DNA of 49,381 nucleotides from an uncultured Bergeyella sp. (GTDB lineage: Bacteria > Bacteroidota > Bacteroidia > Flavobacteriales > Weeksellaceae). The translations under genes and the position numbers were made by a program. Where the stretch lies: positions 1-49,381 of the forward strand of contig CAKAOY010000001.1 in NCBI GenBank assembly GCA_916710115.1, read 5' to 3'. The stretch's first letter is position 1, and the number at the start of each line of letters is the position of its first letter. The notes below the pieces were generated by a model. The model was not told the DNA's origin and searched no databases. It was given only the letters and a program-made list of their open reading frames with translations. Below are positions 1 to 8,430 of the stretch, piece after piece.

Positions 1-63
1 CATATCTCTCGGTTCCCTTATAATGATTTCTTATTTGAATATTTTGAGGAAGAAGACCAATAA
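1..63 (+). CDS. 3' end of a CDS truncated by the window edge (HISRFPYNDFLFEYFEEEDQ*), product unknown
   Basis: Frame 1 is open from base 1 to TAA at 61-63, 14 nt before the next ATG. Confidence 0.5.
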   Translation, partial: HISRFPYNDFLFEYFEEEDQ

Positions 64-77
64 AACTACTCCATACA

Positions 78-470
78 ATGATACAAGATAAAGATTTTAC
101 AATTAGGCTTATTAAACAGCTCTCTAACCTTCTAGCTAAACTTCTATTAGGAAAAAACGAAGGTGAAGAAGAAATGAGCCAACAGATGTTTGATACGGCT
201 GTAAAAGATATTTTTAAAATGAATTTCTATGAATTGGCAACAAAACCAACTAACGAAATCAGCCTCTGGGTAGAGGAACACGAGCCGAAATACCACGCGG
301 ATTATTACGAACTATTAGCCCATCTTTTTTATTTTAAAAATAAAGAAAACCCAAATTCAACTTTTGCAGAAAAAGCAAAAATATTTTATCAGCAGTGGCT
401 CGACAAAAGTAAAATATTCTCCTTTGAGATAATCGCCCGCATTAAAGAGTTAGAAAATAATCATCAATAA
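78..470 (+). CDS. Hypothetical helical protein, DUF6483-like
   Basis: 130 aa ORF; N-terminus MIQDKDFTIRLIKQLSNLLAKL resembles the DUF6483 pattern; 8 nt before the deaminase gene. Confidence 0.6.
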   Translation: MIQDKDFTIRLIKQLSNLLAKLLLGKNEGEEEMSQQMFDTAVKDIFKMNFYELATKPTNEISLWVEEHEPKYHADYYELLAHLFYFKNKENPNSTFAEKAKIFYQQWLDKSKIFSFEIIARIKELENNHQ

Positions 471-478
471 ATAAACAA

Positions 479-910
479 ATGTTCGGAGACGAATACTTTA
501 TGAGACAAGCTCTACAACAGGCCTATAACGCTATGGAGCAAGACGAAGTCCCCGTAGGTGCAATTATTGTCCATCAAAACAAAATTATTGCCAAAGGACA
601 TAATCTAACCGAAACCCTAAACGATGTAACTGCTCATGCCGAAATGCAGGCTATAACCTCTGCTTCGGAGACACTCGGTGGAAAATACCTACAAGAATGC
701 ACAATGTATGTAACCTTAGAGCCTTGTGTGATGTGTGCAGGTGCCTTGGCTTGGTCACAAATCTCAAAAGTAGTAATAGGAGCAAAAGACGAAAAAAGAG
801 GCTTCTTGAACAAAAATATACCCCTACATCCAAAAACAAAAATTATCTGTGGTATTCTGGAAGAAGAATGTTCAGAAATCATAAAAAACTTTTTTAAAAG
901 TAAGCGATAA
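479..910 (+). CDS. tadA: Nucleoside deaminase, TadA-like tRNA adenosine deaminase
   Basis: DEYFMRQAL, EVPVGA, HAE and PCVMC zinc-deaminase motifs. Confidence 0.85.
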   Translation: MFGDEYFMRQALQQAYNAMEQDEVPVGAIIVHQNKIIAKGHNLTETLNDVTAHAEMQAITSASETLGGKYLQECTMYVTLEPCVMCAGALAWSQISKVVIGAKDEKRGFLNKNIPLHPKTKIICGILEEECSEIIKNFFKSKR

Positions 911-917
911 ACTTTAT

Positions 918-925
918 TATCTTTG
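918..925 (+). promoter_or_regulatory. Bacteroidota primary-sigma -7 element (TATCTTTG) for the GH3 gene
   Basis: Matches TAnnTTTG in the intergenic gap. Confidence 0.6.
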
Positions 926-950
926 TGTCCAAACATTTTAATTGAAGAAT

Positions 951-2474
951 ATGCCTACCAAAACACTTTTTAATTCTGTGGTAAATTGGTTCATAAAACA
1001 GAGAATCAGCCAAATAGAGAGCTTCATTAAAGAACCTCACAAGACGCAAGAGGCAGTACTTTTTTCTCATTTATTAAAAGCAGAAAACACCTTATACGGT
1101 AAGGAATATAATTTTAAAGAAATTGCTAATATAACTGATTTTCAGACAAATGTGCCTATCGTAACCTATGAAGATTTTGAACCTTACATCGAGCGAACAA
1201 GGCGAGGAGAAAAGGATATAATCTGGGCTGGAAGTATTAAAATGTTTGCCAAATCTTCAGGAACTACTAATGCCAAATCCAAGTATATCCCTATCACAGA
1301 AGATAGCCTAAACGACTGCCACTACAAAGCTGGTAAAGACTTAATATCCATATATGCTAATAACCACCCCGAAAATAAATTGTTCTCCAACAAAAACCTT
1401 CGATTGGGGGGAAGCTCTGAGATGTACGAAAATTTCAATACAAAATATGGCGACCTATCTGCTATATTGATTGATAATCTCCCCTTTTGGGTAGAAATAA
1501 CCACAGTGCCATCTAAGAAAGTATCCCTTATGTCCGAATGGGAAAGTAAAATAAAAGCCATCGTAAAAGAGGTTGTAAAGGCCGATGTAGGAAGTCTTTC
1601 GGGGGTGCCAAGTTGGATGATGGTACTACTACAAAAGGTATTAGAAACCAGTGGAGATACCACTATCGGAGCACTGTGGCCAAACTTAGAAGTGTTTTTC
1701 CATGGTGGTATTAGTTTTAAACCTTATAAAAAACAATATAAAGAATTAATCGGTAGAGAGATTAATTATTACGAAATATACAATGCATCAGAAGGCTTTT
1801 TCGGTATTCAAGATAGACATAAGTCCGACGAACTATTACTGATGCTAGATTACGGAATTTTTTACGAATTCATCAAAATGGAAGACTTTAATAAGTCCAA
1901 CCCTCGTGTATATACCATCAGCGAGGTAGAAACAAATGTCAATTATGCCCTGCTTATTACCACTAATGGCGGTCTGTGGCGTTATCTCATTGGTGATACT
2001 ATCTACTTCACTTCCCTAAATCCTTATAGAATCAAAATTTCAGGGCGTACCAAACATCATATCAATGTCTTTGGAGAGGAGCTGATGATTGATAATGTGG
2101 AAACAGCCTTAGAAATCGTCTGCCATAAGACCAATGCTAGTGTAAAAGATTACACAGGAGCTCCAGTTTTTATGACTGATAAAAACAAAGGGACCCACGA
2201 ATGGATATTCGAGTTTTCAAAAGAACCCAATGATTTTGAACTATTTAAAACAGAATTTGATACCGCTCTAAAATCGCTAAACTCCGACTACGAAGCCAAA
2301 AGATATAACGATATGACCCTAAGAAAGCCCATAATACACAAGGGACGACAAAATTTATTTTTTGATTGGATGGAAAAAAGAGGAAAACTAGGCGGACAAA
2401 ACAAAGTCCCTCGCCTAAGCAACGAAAGAGACTATTTAGAACCTCTTTTGGAAATGAACCAAATAGTTTCTTAG
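951..2474 (+). CDS. GH3 family (auxin-responsive promoter / acyl-acid amido synthetase-like) protein
   Basis: AKSSGTT, YNASEG, WRYLIGD and GGQNKVPRL motifs; ATG 951 preferred over TTG 942. Confidence 0.9.
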   Translation: MPTKTLFNSVVNWFIKQRISQIESFIKEPHKTQEAVLFSHLLKAENTLYGKEYNFKEIANITDFQTNVPIVTYEDFEPYIERTRRGEKDIIWAGSIKMFAKSSGTTNAKSKYIPITEDSLNDCHYKAGKDLISIYANNHPENKLFSNKNLRLGGSSEMYENFNTKYGDLSAILIDNLPFWVEITTVPSKKVSLMSEWESKIKAIVKEVVKADVGSLSGVPSWMMVLLQKVLETSGDTTIGALWPNLEVFFHGGISFKPYKKQYKELIGREINYYEIYNASEGFFGIQDRHKSDELLLMLDYGIFYEFIKMEDFNKSNPRVYTISEVETNVNYALLITTNGGLWRYLIGDTIYFTSLNPYRIKISGRTKHHINVFGEELMIDNVETALEIVCHKTNASVKDYTGAPVFMTDKNKGTHEWIFEFSKEPNDFELFKTEFDTALKSLNSDYEAKRYNDMTLRKPIIHKGRQNLFFDWMEKRGKLGGQNKVPRLSNERDYLEPLLEMNQIVS

Positions 2475-2534
2475 TATCAAAACCAAAACTTTATTAATTT
2501 GTGGGCATTTATTTTTTTATATCTAAAAAATGAT

Positions 2535-2542
2535 TATCTTTG
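2535..2542 (+). promoter_or_regulatory. -7 element (TATCTTTG) for fumC
   Basis: TAnnTTTG match 36 nt upstream of the ATG. Confidence 0.6.
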
Positions 2543-2578
2543 AGAAAATTTATTTAAATCTAATAAAATATATTAACA

Positions 2579-3973
2579 ATGGATTACAGAATTGAAAAAG
2601 ACACAATGGGAGAAGTAAAGGTTCCTGCTGATAAATTTTGGGGAGCACAAACCGAGCGTTCTCGTAACAACTTCAAAATAGGAGAAGAAAGCTCTATGCC
2701 AAAGGAAATTATTGAAGCCTTCGCCATTCTTAAAAAAGCTGCTGCCTACACGAATTGTGATTTGGGCGTACTACCTATCGAAAAAAGAGATGACATCGCC
2801 AATGTTTGTGATGAAATCTTAGCGGGAAAACTCAACGACCAATTTCCGCTTGTTATTTGGCAAACAGGGTCTGGGACGCAATCTAATATGAACCTTAATG
2901 AGGTAATTTCTAATAAGGCTCTCGTTAATGGTGGCGGTAAATTAGGCGAAAAATCTCCTATCCACCCGAATGATGATGTGAATAAATCTCAGTCTTCCAA
3001 TGATACTTATCCTACGGCTATGCATATTGCCGCTTATAAGAAAGTAGTAGAGCATACACTACCTGCATTAGAAAAATTAAGAAATACTTTCAATGATAAG
3101 GCGATAGCTTTCCAAAATGTGGTAAAAATCGGTAGAACTCACTTGATGGATGCCACTCCACTTACCCTAGGGCAAGAATTTTCTGGCTATGTAGCTCAAT
3201 TAGATTATGCTAAAAAAGCTATCATAAACACCCTATCCCACCTCAAAGAATTGGCTCTCGGAGGAACAGCAGTGGGAACCGGACTAAATACTCCAAAAGG
3301 TTATGATGTAAAAGTAGCAGAATATATTGCTCAATTTAGTAACCACCCATTCGTAACCGCTCCTAACAAATTTGAAGCTCTTGCCGCTCACGATGGTATT
3401 GTAGAAACTCACGGAGCATTAAAACAATTAGCCGTATCTCTCTATAAAATAGCACAAGATATTCGTCTATTAGCTTCAGGGCCTCGCTCTGGGATTGGGG
3501 AAATTTTCATTCCTGAAAACGAACCTGGCTCTTCTATTATGCCTGGAAAAGTTAATCCTACTCAAAATGAAGCTATTACAATGGTTTGTGCCCAAGTATT
3601 AGGAAACGATACAACTATTTCTTTTGCAGGAACTCAAGGACACTATGAACTCAATGTCTTCAAACCTGTAATGGCCTATAATTTCCTCCAATCAGCCCAA
3701 CTATTGGCTGATGCTATGATTTCTTTCAATGATAATTGTGTAGTGGGTATAGAGCCTAACCACACTAGAATCAAAGAATTACTAGACAAATCTCTAATGT
3801 TAGTTACAGCCCTTAATACCCATATCGGTTATGAAAATGCTGCTAAAATTGCTAAAACAGCTCATAAAAATGGAACTACATTAAGAGAGGAAGCCATGAA
3901 CCTTGGATTACTCACAGCGGAACAATTTGACGAGTGGGTGAGACCAGAAGAGATGGTTGGTAGCCTTAAATAA
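2579..3973 (+). CDS. fumC: Class II fumarate hydratase
   Basis: [21 protein letters not shown] and the [11 protein letters not shown] signature. Confidence 0.98.
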   Translation: MDYRIEKDTMGEVKVPADKFWGAQTERSRNNFKIGEESSMPKEIIEAFAILKKAAAYTNCDLGVLPIEKRDDIANVCDEILAGKLNDQFPLVIWQTGSGTQSNMNLNEVISNKALVNGGGKLGEKSPIHPNDDVNKSQSSNDTYPTAMHIAAYKKVVEHTLPALEKLRNTFNDKAIAFQNVVKIGRTHLMDATPLTLGQEFSGYVAQLDYAKKAIINTLSHLKELALGGTAVGTGLNTPKGYDVKVAEYIAQFSNHPFVTAPNKFEALAAHDGIVETHGALKQLAVSLYKIAQDIRLLASGPRSGIGEIFIPENEPGSSIMPGKVNPTQNEAITMVCAQVLGNDTTISFAGTQGHYELNVFKPVMAYNFLQSAQLLADAMISFNDNCVVGIEPNHTRIKELLDKSLMLVTALNTHIGYENAAKIAKTAHKNGTTLREEAMNLGLLTAEQFDEWVRPEEMVGSLK

Positions 3974-4002
3974 TATTTTTACATTTTAATGCTATATAAT
4001 AT

Positions 4003-4041
4003 AACGGATTTGGTGAGTATTTCATCAAATCCGTTTATTTC
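4003..4041 (+). terminator. Intrinsic terminator of fumC
   Basis: AACGGATTTGGTGA / TCATCAAATCCGTT stem followed by a T-rich tail. Confidence 0.8.
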
Positions 4042-4171
4042 AACTAAATATCATCTTTTTCTATTGAGTTATTGTACTTGCTAAACCATTAATTAAATAC
4101 AACAAATTTTACTTTCCCAGAAAAGGGAATAAGACTCATAAAAAATAATTATATTTTAATATGAAAATAAT

Positions 4172-4179
4172 TACCTTTG
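4172..4179 (+). promoter_or_regulatory. -7 element (TACCTTTG) for the GT2 operon
   Basis: TAnnTTTG match 7 nt before ATG 4187. Confidence 0.65.
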
Positions 4180-4186
4180 CATTATA

Positions 4187-4903
4187 ATGAAAAAATTAGT
4201 TATCATACCTACTTACAACGAAAAAGAAAATATTACCTCTATCATTAAGGCTGTATTGTCTCTTGATGGAGATTTTCATATTCTTGTAGTTGATGATTCT
4301 TCACCTGATGGCACAGCTGATATCGTTCGTAAATTACAAGAGCAATTCACTGAAAATCTTCATCTTACAATAAGAAAAGTAAAAGACGGACTTGGGAAAG
4401 CCTACATCCACGGCTTTAAATGGGCTATTGAAAAAAGGTATGATTATATCTTTGAAATGGATGCCGATTTCTCCCATAACCCAAATGACCTACCAAAATT
4501 ATTAGAAGCCTGCCAAAATGCCGATATGTCCATCGGCTCTCGGTATTCTCAAGGTGTGAATGTTGTCAATTGGCCTATGGGACGGGTTTTACTATCTTAT
4601 TTTGCTTCTAAATATGTTCGTTTCGTGTTGGGACTGCCAATACATGATACCACTGCAGGATTTGCCTGCTTTAAGAGACAAACCTTAGAAAAAATAAAAT
4701 TAGACGATGTGAGCCTCAAAGGTTACGGATTCCAAGTGGAAATGAAATATAGAGTTTTAAAACTTGGGCTAACCATAAAAGAAGTACCTATTATATTTAC
4801 AAACAGAATTTTAGGTGAAAGTAAAATGAATGGCGGTATCATTGGAGAAGCTATTATCGGTATCATCAATCTAAAACTAAAATCATTATTAAATCGTTTA
4901 TAA
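4187..4903 (+). CDS. Polyprenol monophosphomannose synthase (GT2, DPM1-like)
   Basis: IIPTYNEKEN, VVDDSSPDGT, EMDADFSH and DTTAGF motifs. Confidence 0.9.
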   Translation: MKKLVIIPTYNEKENITSIIKAVLSLDGDFHILVVDDSSPDGTADIVRKLQEQFTENLHLTIRKVKDGLGKAYIHGFKWAIEKRYDYIFEMDADFSHNPNDLPKLLEACQNADMSIGSRYSQGVNVVNWPMGRVLLSYFASKYVRFVLGLPIHDTTAGFACFKRQTLEKIKLDDVSLKGYGFQVEMKYRVLKLGLTIKEVPIIFTNRILGESKMNGGIIGEAIIGIINLKLKSLLNRL

Positions 4904-5277
4904 TGCTTAAATATATTTGTATTTCCCTTTTGTGGATAATGTGTGCCTGCTCAGAGACAATTTCCCCACCCAAAAACCTTATCAAAGAAGATAAAATGGC
5001 AGAACTAATCGCTGATTTTGCAATTAATGAACAGATGTCCATCATAAATCCAAACGGTGATTCGGAAGCTTCTACTCTATATTTATTCCAAAAATATAAG
5101 GTCTCCGCAAAGGATTTTAGCGATAGTCAAACTTATTATATGACTTACCCCAACAAAATGGAAAAAATTTACGAAAAATCCCAAGAAATATTATTGGAAA
5201 AATACCCAGAATTAAAAGATAACATTCTGAAAAAAATACAATCTCAACCAGCCGTAGAACCAATAAAACCTTTATAA
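4903..5277 (+). CDS. DUF4296-like lipoprotein
   Basis: Signal peptide ending CAC, PPKNLIKEDKM motif; coupled to the upstream gene by TAATG. Confidence 0.75.
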   Translation: MLKYICISLLWIMCACSETISPPKNLIKEDKMAELIADFAINEQMSIINPNGDSEASTLYLFQKYKVSAKDFSDSQTYYMTYPNKMEKIYEKSQEILLEKYPELKDNILKKIQSQPAVEPIKPL

Positions 5278-5280
5278 ACT

Positions 5281-5315
5281 AAAAAAACTCCTAATTAAAA
5301 TATTAGAAGTTTTTT
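5281..5315. terminator. Bidirectional terminator between convergent genes
   Basis: AAAAAAACTCCTAAT...ATTAGAAGTTTTTT imperfect inverted repeat. Confidence 0.6.
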
Positions 5316-5342
5316 ATGTAAATTCAATAATATATTTATTCG

Positions 5343-6011
5343 TTAGTTATTGGCGTAATCAGTAAAATTTACATTTTGAATACCATAATCGTTGAGAATT
5401 CTCTTGGCAATGCGAAATTTTGGAGCCCAATACTTATCACTGAGAGAACTCACAGTAACACCTTTCGAGGTTGCAGAATGGATAAATTTTACTTCACCAG
5501 ATGGCTCTACATCGTATACTATACCCACATGAGAAATTCTTGAATGATGGGCAAAAAACACCAAGTCGCCTTTTTTGAGGGAATTTCTATCCACATTTTC
5601 TCCTTCCAACGCCTGAGAAGAAGACACTCTTGGAAGACTTACTCCCATTGCATTAGCATACACAGACAACACAAAAGCAGAACAATCTATTCCTCTCCGT
5701 GATGTACCTCCCAATCTATACGGTGTACCTAGATAGGTAAGTGCCTCATCCATAATATTATGAATTTTATTATTATATTCTATATAATTCTCATTATCAG
5801 CAAGTTCCTCTTGAGTTAATATTCTATTATCTATCGGTAGTAAGGTATTTTTTTCTGTCTTTTTGGTATTTCTATTTGGAGTTCTATTGTACATAGGTAC
5901 TAGAGGTTTTGAATAGGCCGTCGGTTTTGATACCACATAATTAGAAACACAAGACTGTAATAACAAAAAATTAAAAATAGTGATGATATATAATAATATT
6001 TTTTTATTCAT
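5343..6011 (-). CDS. NlpC/P60 (C40) peptidoglycan endopeptidase lipoprotein
   Basis: Lipobox LQSC; YLGTPYRLGG, IDCS, HVGI and FIHS catalytic motifs. Confidence 0.92.
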   Translation of the reverse strand: MNKKILLYIITIFNFLLLQSCVSNYVVSKPTAYSKPLVPMYNRTPNRNTKKTEKNTLLPIDNRILTQEELADNENYIEYNNKIHNIMDEALTYLGTPYRLGGTSRRGIDCSAFVLSVYANAMGVSLPRVSSSQALEGENVDRNSLKKGDLVFFAHHSRISHVGIVYDVEPSGEVKFIHSATSKGVTVSSLSDKYWAPKFRIAKRILNDYGIQNVNFTDYANN

Positions 6012-6061
6012 AATAAGTTATTTTTAATAAATAGAAATTATTCTATCCATTATTTATAAGA

Positions 6062-6069
6062 CAAAGGTA
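6062..6069 (-). promoter_or_regulatory. -7 element (TACCTTTG) for the NlpC/P60 gene
   Basis: Reverse complement of CAAAGGTA. Confidence 0.6.
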
Positions 6070-6235
6070 GAAAAAACGATTTTTTCATATTATGATAAAT
6101 ATCAGTTTTAAAGAGCTTTTAACTTTTTTTAACATAAAAACCGCTTATTTTAATACCTTATCAGCATTTTTAATCTTTATTTTTTAACATTTAAATGGGT
6201 GAATTAAAAAAATTGATAGCATTATTGAAAATCGT

Positions 6236-6243
6236 TATTTTTG
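6236..6243 (+). promoter_or_regulatory. -7 element (TATTTTTG) for the YkgJ gene
   Basis: TAnnTTTG match 4 nt before ATG 6248. Confidence 0.6.
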
Positions 6244-6247
6244 CAAA

Positions 6248-6736
6248 ATGGATTTGCAGAAGTATAAAAATTTAGCTTTAAAAAAGCAAAAAGAGCATAA
6301 AAAATTTTTGGATAGTTTGAAGAAAAAACCACCTAAAAATTTAGATTATATAACACAGAAATCTCACGATATCGTCTTCAATGAGATAAACTGCTTAGAT
6401 TGTGCCAATTGCTGTAAAACCACTGGGCCACTCTACACTGAAAAAGATATTGAACGGATTGCCAAACACTTGCGAATGAAGCCTTCCGATTTTGAGACTA
6501 AATACCTCCGTATAGACGAGGATAATGACAAGGTGCTACAAAACCTACCTTGCTTCTTTTTGAATGAAGATAATACCTGCTCCATCTATGATGTTCGCCC
6601 AAAAGCCTGCCGAGAATATCCGCATACTGATAGAAAAAAGGTCTATCAGATAAACAACCTCACTATAAAAAATACCATCATTTGCCCTGCAGCATTCACT
6701 TGGCTAGAAATCTTATCAAAAAAAATTAACAAATAA
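6248..6736 (+). CDS. YkgJ family cysteine-cluster (CxxCxxCC) protein
   Basis: CLDCANCC, PCFFL and CSIYDVRPKACREYP. Confidence 0.9.
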   Translation: MDLQKYKNLALKKQKEHKKFLDSLKKKPPKNLDYITQKSHDIVFNEINCLDCANCCKTTGPLYTEKDIERIAKHLRMKPSDFETKYLRIDEDNDKVLQNLPCFFLNEDNTCSIYDVRPKACREYPHTDRKKVYQINNLTIKNTIICPAAFTWLEILSKKINK

Positions 6737-6749
6737 TATACCTATTTAA

Positions 6750-6757
6750 TAACTTTG
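6750..6757 (+). promoter_or_regulatory. -7 element (TAACTTTG) for the SpoU methyltransferase gene
   Basis: TAnnTTTG match 4 nt before ATG 6762. Confidence 0.6.
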
Positions 6758-6761
6758 CTCT

Positions 6762-7298
6762 ATGGTTGAAAAATTAAAATTAGAACAACTTGGAAGGGTT
6801 AATGTAGAAACCTTTAAAAGTTTAGAAAAAATACCTACAATAATAGTCTTAGACAATATCCGCTCTATGCATAATGTCGGAGCGATATTTCGTACTGCTG
6901 ATGCCTTCTTGATAGAAAAAATCATTCTCTGTGGAATAACACCCCAACCGCCTCATCGTGAGATACATAAAGCTGCCCTCGGAGCAACAGAATCTGTGGA
7001 GTGGCAGTATCAAGCCTCTACAAAAGAAGCTATTTCAGAATTGAAAAAAGCTGGTTATCGGATATTTGGTATTGAGCAAACAACAAGTTCTCAGCTCATC
7101 ACCGAATTTGAAATTGATACCAATGAAAAATATACTCTAATCTTAGGTAACGAAGTTGAGGGAATCTCAGATGAAATCTTGTCCGATTGTGATGGATTTA
7201 TAGAACTACCACAACACGGAACCAAACATTCCCTGAATGTATCCGTATGCGGAGGATTAATAATGTGGGAATTTTATAAAAAGCTCTATAAAAAATAA
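6762..7298 (+). CDS. SpoU/TrmH family RNA methyltransferase
   Basis: LDNIRSMHNVGAIFRTADAF, LGNEVEGI and HSLNVSV SPOUT motifs. Confidence 0.92.
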   Translation: MVEKLKLEQLGRVNVETFKSLEKIPTIIVLDNIRSMHNVGAIFRTADAFLIEKIILCGITPQPPHREIHKAALGATESVEWQYQASTKEAISELKKAGYRIFGIEQTTSSQLITEFEIDTNEKYTLILGNEVEGISDEILSDCDGFIELPQHGTKHSLNVSVCGGLIMWEFYKKLYKK

Positions 7299-7363
7299 AC
7301 TGCATTGCCCCCGAAAATGAGCCTTGCAGTTTTAAATAAATCTAATAAAAAGTAAAAATGAAA
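7291..7363 (-). ncRNA. Candidate ~70-nt small RNA; its hairpin may also terminate the SpoU gene
   Basis: TTG-N21-TATCTTTA promoter-like element (7399-7368), U-rich 5' part, AAACTGCA/TGCAGTTT stem and U-rich tail on the minus strand. Confidence 0.35.
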
Positions 7364-7493
7364 TATGTAAAGATATATCTAAAACAATATACAAAACAAT
7401 ACGAATATTTATTTTTAACTATTTTTTAACTTAAAACGCTTATTTTTAGTTAAATTTAACACATATTATTAATTAATTTCAATAAGTTTAATA

Positions 7494-8360
7494 ATGAAAA
7501 TTGCCATTTATAGTCAAAAAAAAGATTTGGACATTTTCCTATACTTAAGTCGGTTCATATCAGAACTAGATAGAAGAGACATAGAAGTTGTAATCCACCA
7601 TAATACAGCGGAGAATTTGCAATTTTCTGATAAGTTCGAGACTTTCCAATGCAGAGAGGACTTGCTTCGCCTAGGTGTAAATCTATTTTTCACTTTCGGA
7701 GGTGATGGTACAATTGTAGATTCATTATTATTCCTTGCAAATACAGAAATACCGATTGTGGGTATTAATGTGGGAAGACTTGGATTTTTAGCAAGTTTTT
7801 CTAAAGAAAATATATTCAGTCAGTTAGATGAAATTCTAAATGGGGATTATAAGATAAGGAAACGCTCAATCATTGAAGTGGTAGAGCCTAAGGGAGATTT
7901 TTTTCCTTATGTTCTCAATGATATCTCTGTATCTCGAAAGGAAACAACTTCTATGATTACAGTAGATTCTTTCCTTAATGGAGAGTTTTTAAATACCTTT
8001 TGGGGAGATGGCGTGTTAGTCTCTACTCCGACGGGCTCTACTGCGTATTCTCTTAGTTGTGGAGGGCCTATCATTGCTCCGAATACAGATACCTTCGTAG
8101 TAACTCCTATTGCTCCTCACAATCTGAATGTAAGACCTTTAGTAGTGAATAATAATGTAGAAATCAGACTAAAGGTAGATAGCCGAGTACCTCAATACTC
8201 TCTTTCGTTGGACTCTCGTTTGGTTCATATGAATCAAAATGTGGAGATACTCATTCGTAAGGCTCCATTTAAGATACACTTGGTTCAACCAAAAAATCTG
8301 AGTTTCTATGAGACTATCCGCCAGAAACTCCTTTGGGGAATGGACAAGCGGAACGATTAG
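7494..8360 (+). CDS. nadK: NAD kinase
   Basis: GGDGT, GINVGRLGFL and STPTGSTAYSLSCGGP motifs. Confidence 0.95.
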   Translation: MKIAIYSQKKDLDIFLYLSRFISELDRRDIEVVIHHNTAENLQFSDKFETFQCREDLLRLGVNLFFTFGGDGTIVDSLLFLANTEIPIVGINVGRLGFLASFSKENIFSQLDEILNGDYKIRKRSIIEVVEPKGDFFPYVLNDISVSRKETTSMITVDSFLNGEFLNTFWGDGVLVSTPTGSTAYSLSCGGPIIAPNTDTFVVTPIAPHNLNVRPLVVNNNVEIRLKVDSRVPQYSLSLDSRLVHMNQNVEILIRKAPFKIHLVQPKNLSFYETIRQKLLWGMDKRND

Positions 8361-8392
8361 TGGATTTAATTTTGTCTATTTTCAAAAAATAG

Positions 8393-8400
8393 TATATTTG
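8393..8400 (+). promoter_or_regulatory. -7 element (TATATTTG) for PBP1A
   Basis: TAnnTTTG match. Confidence 0.6.
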
Positions 8401-8430
8401 TAGTAATGTTTCAAAAAAAAGACTATTAAA

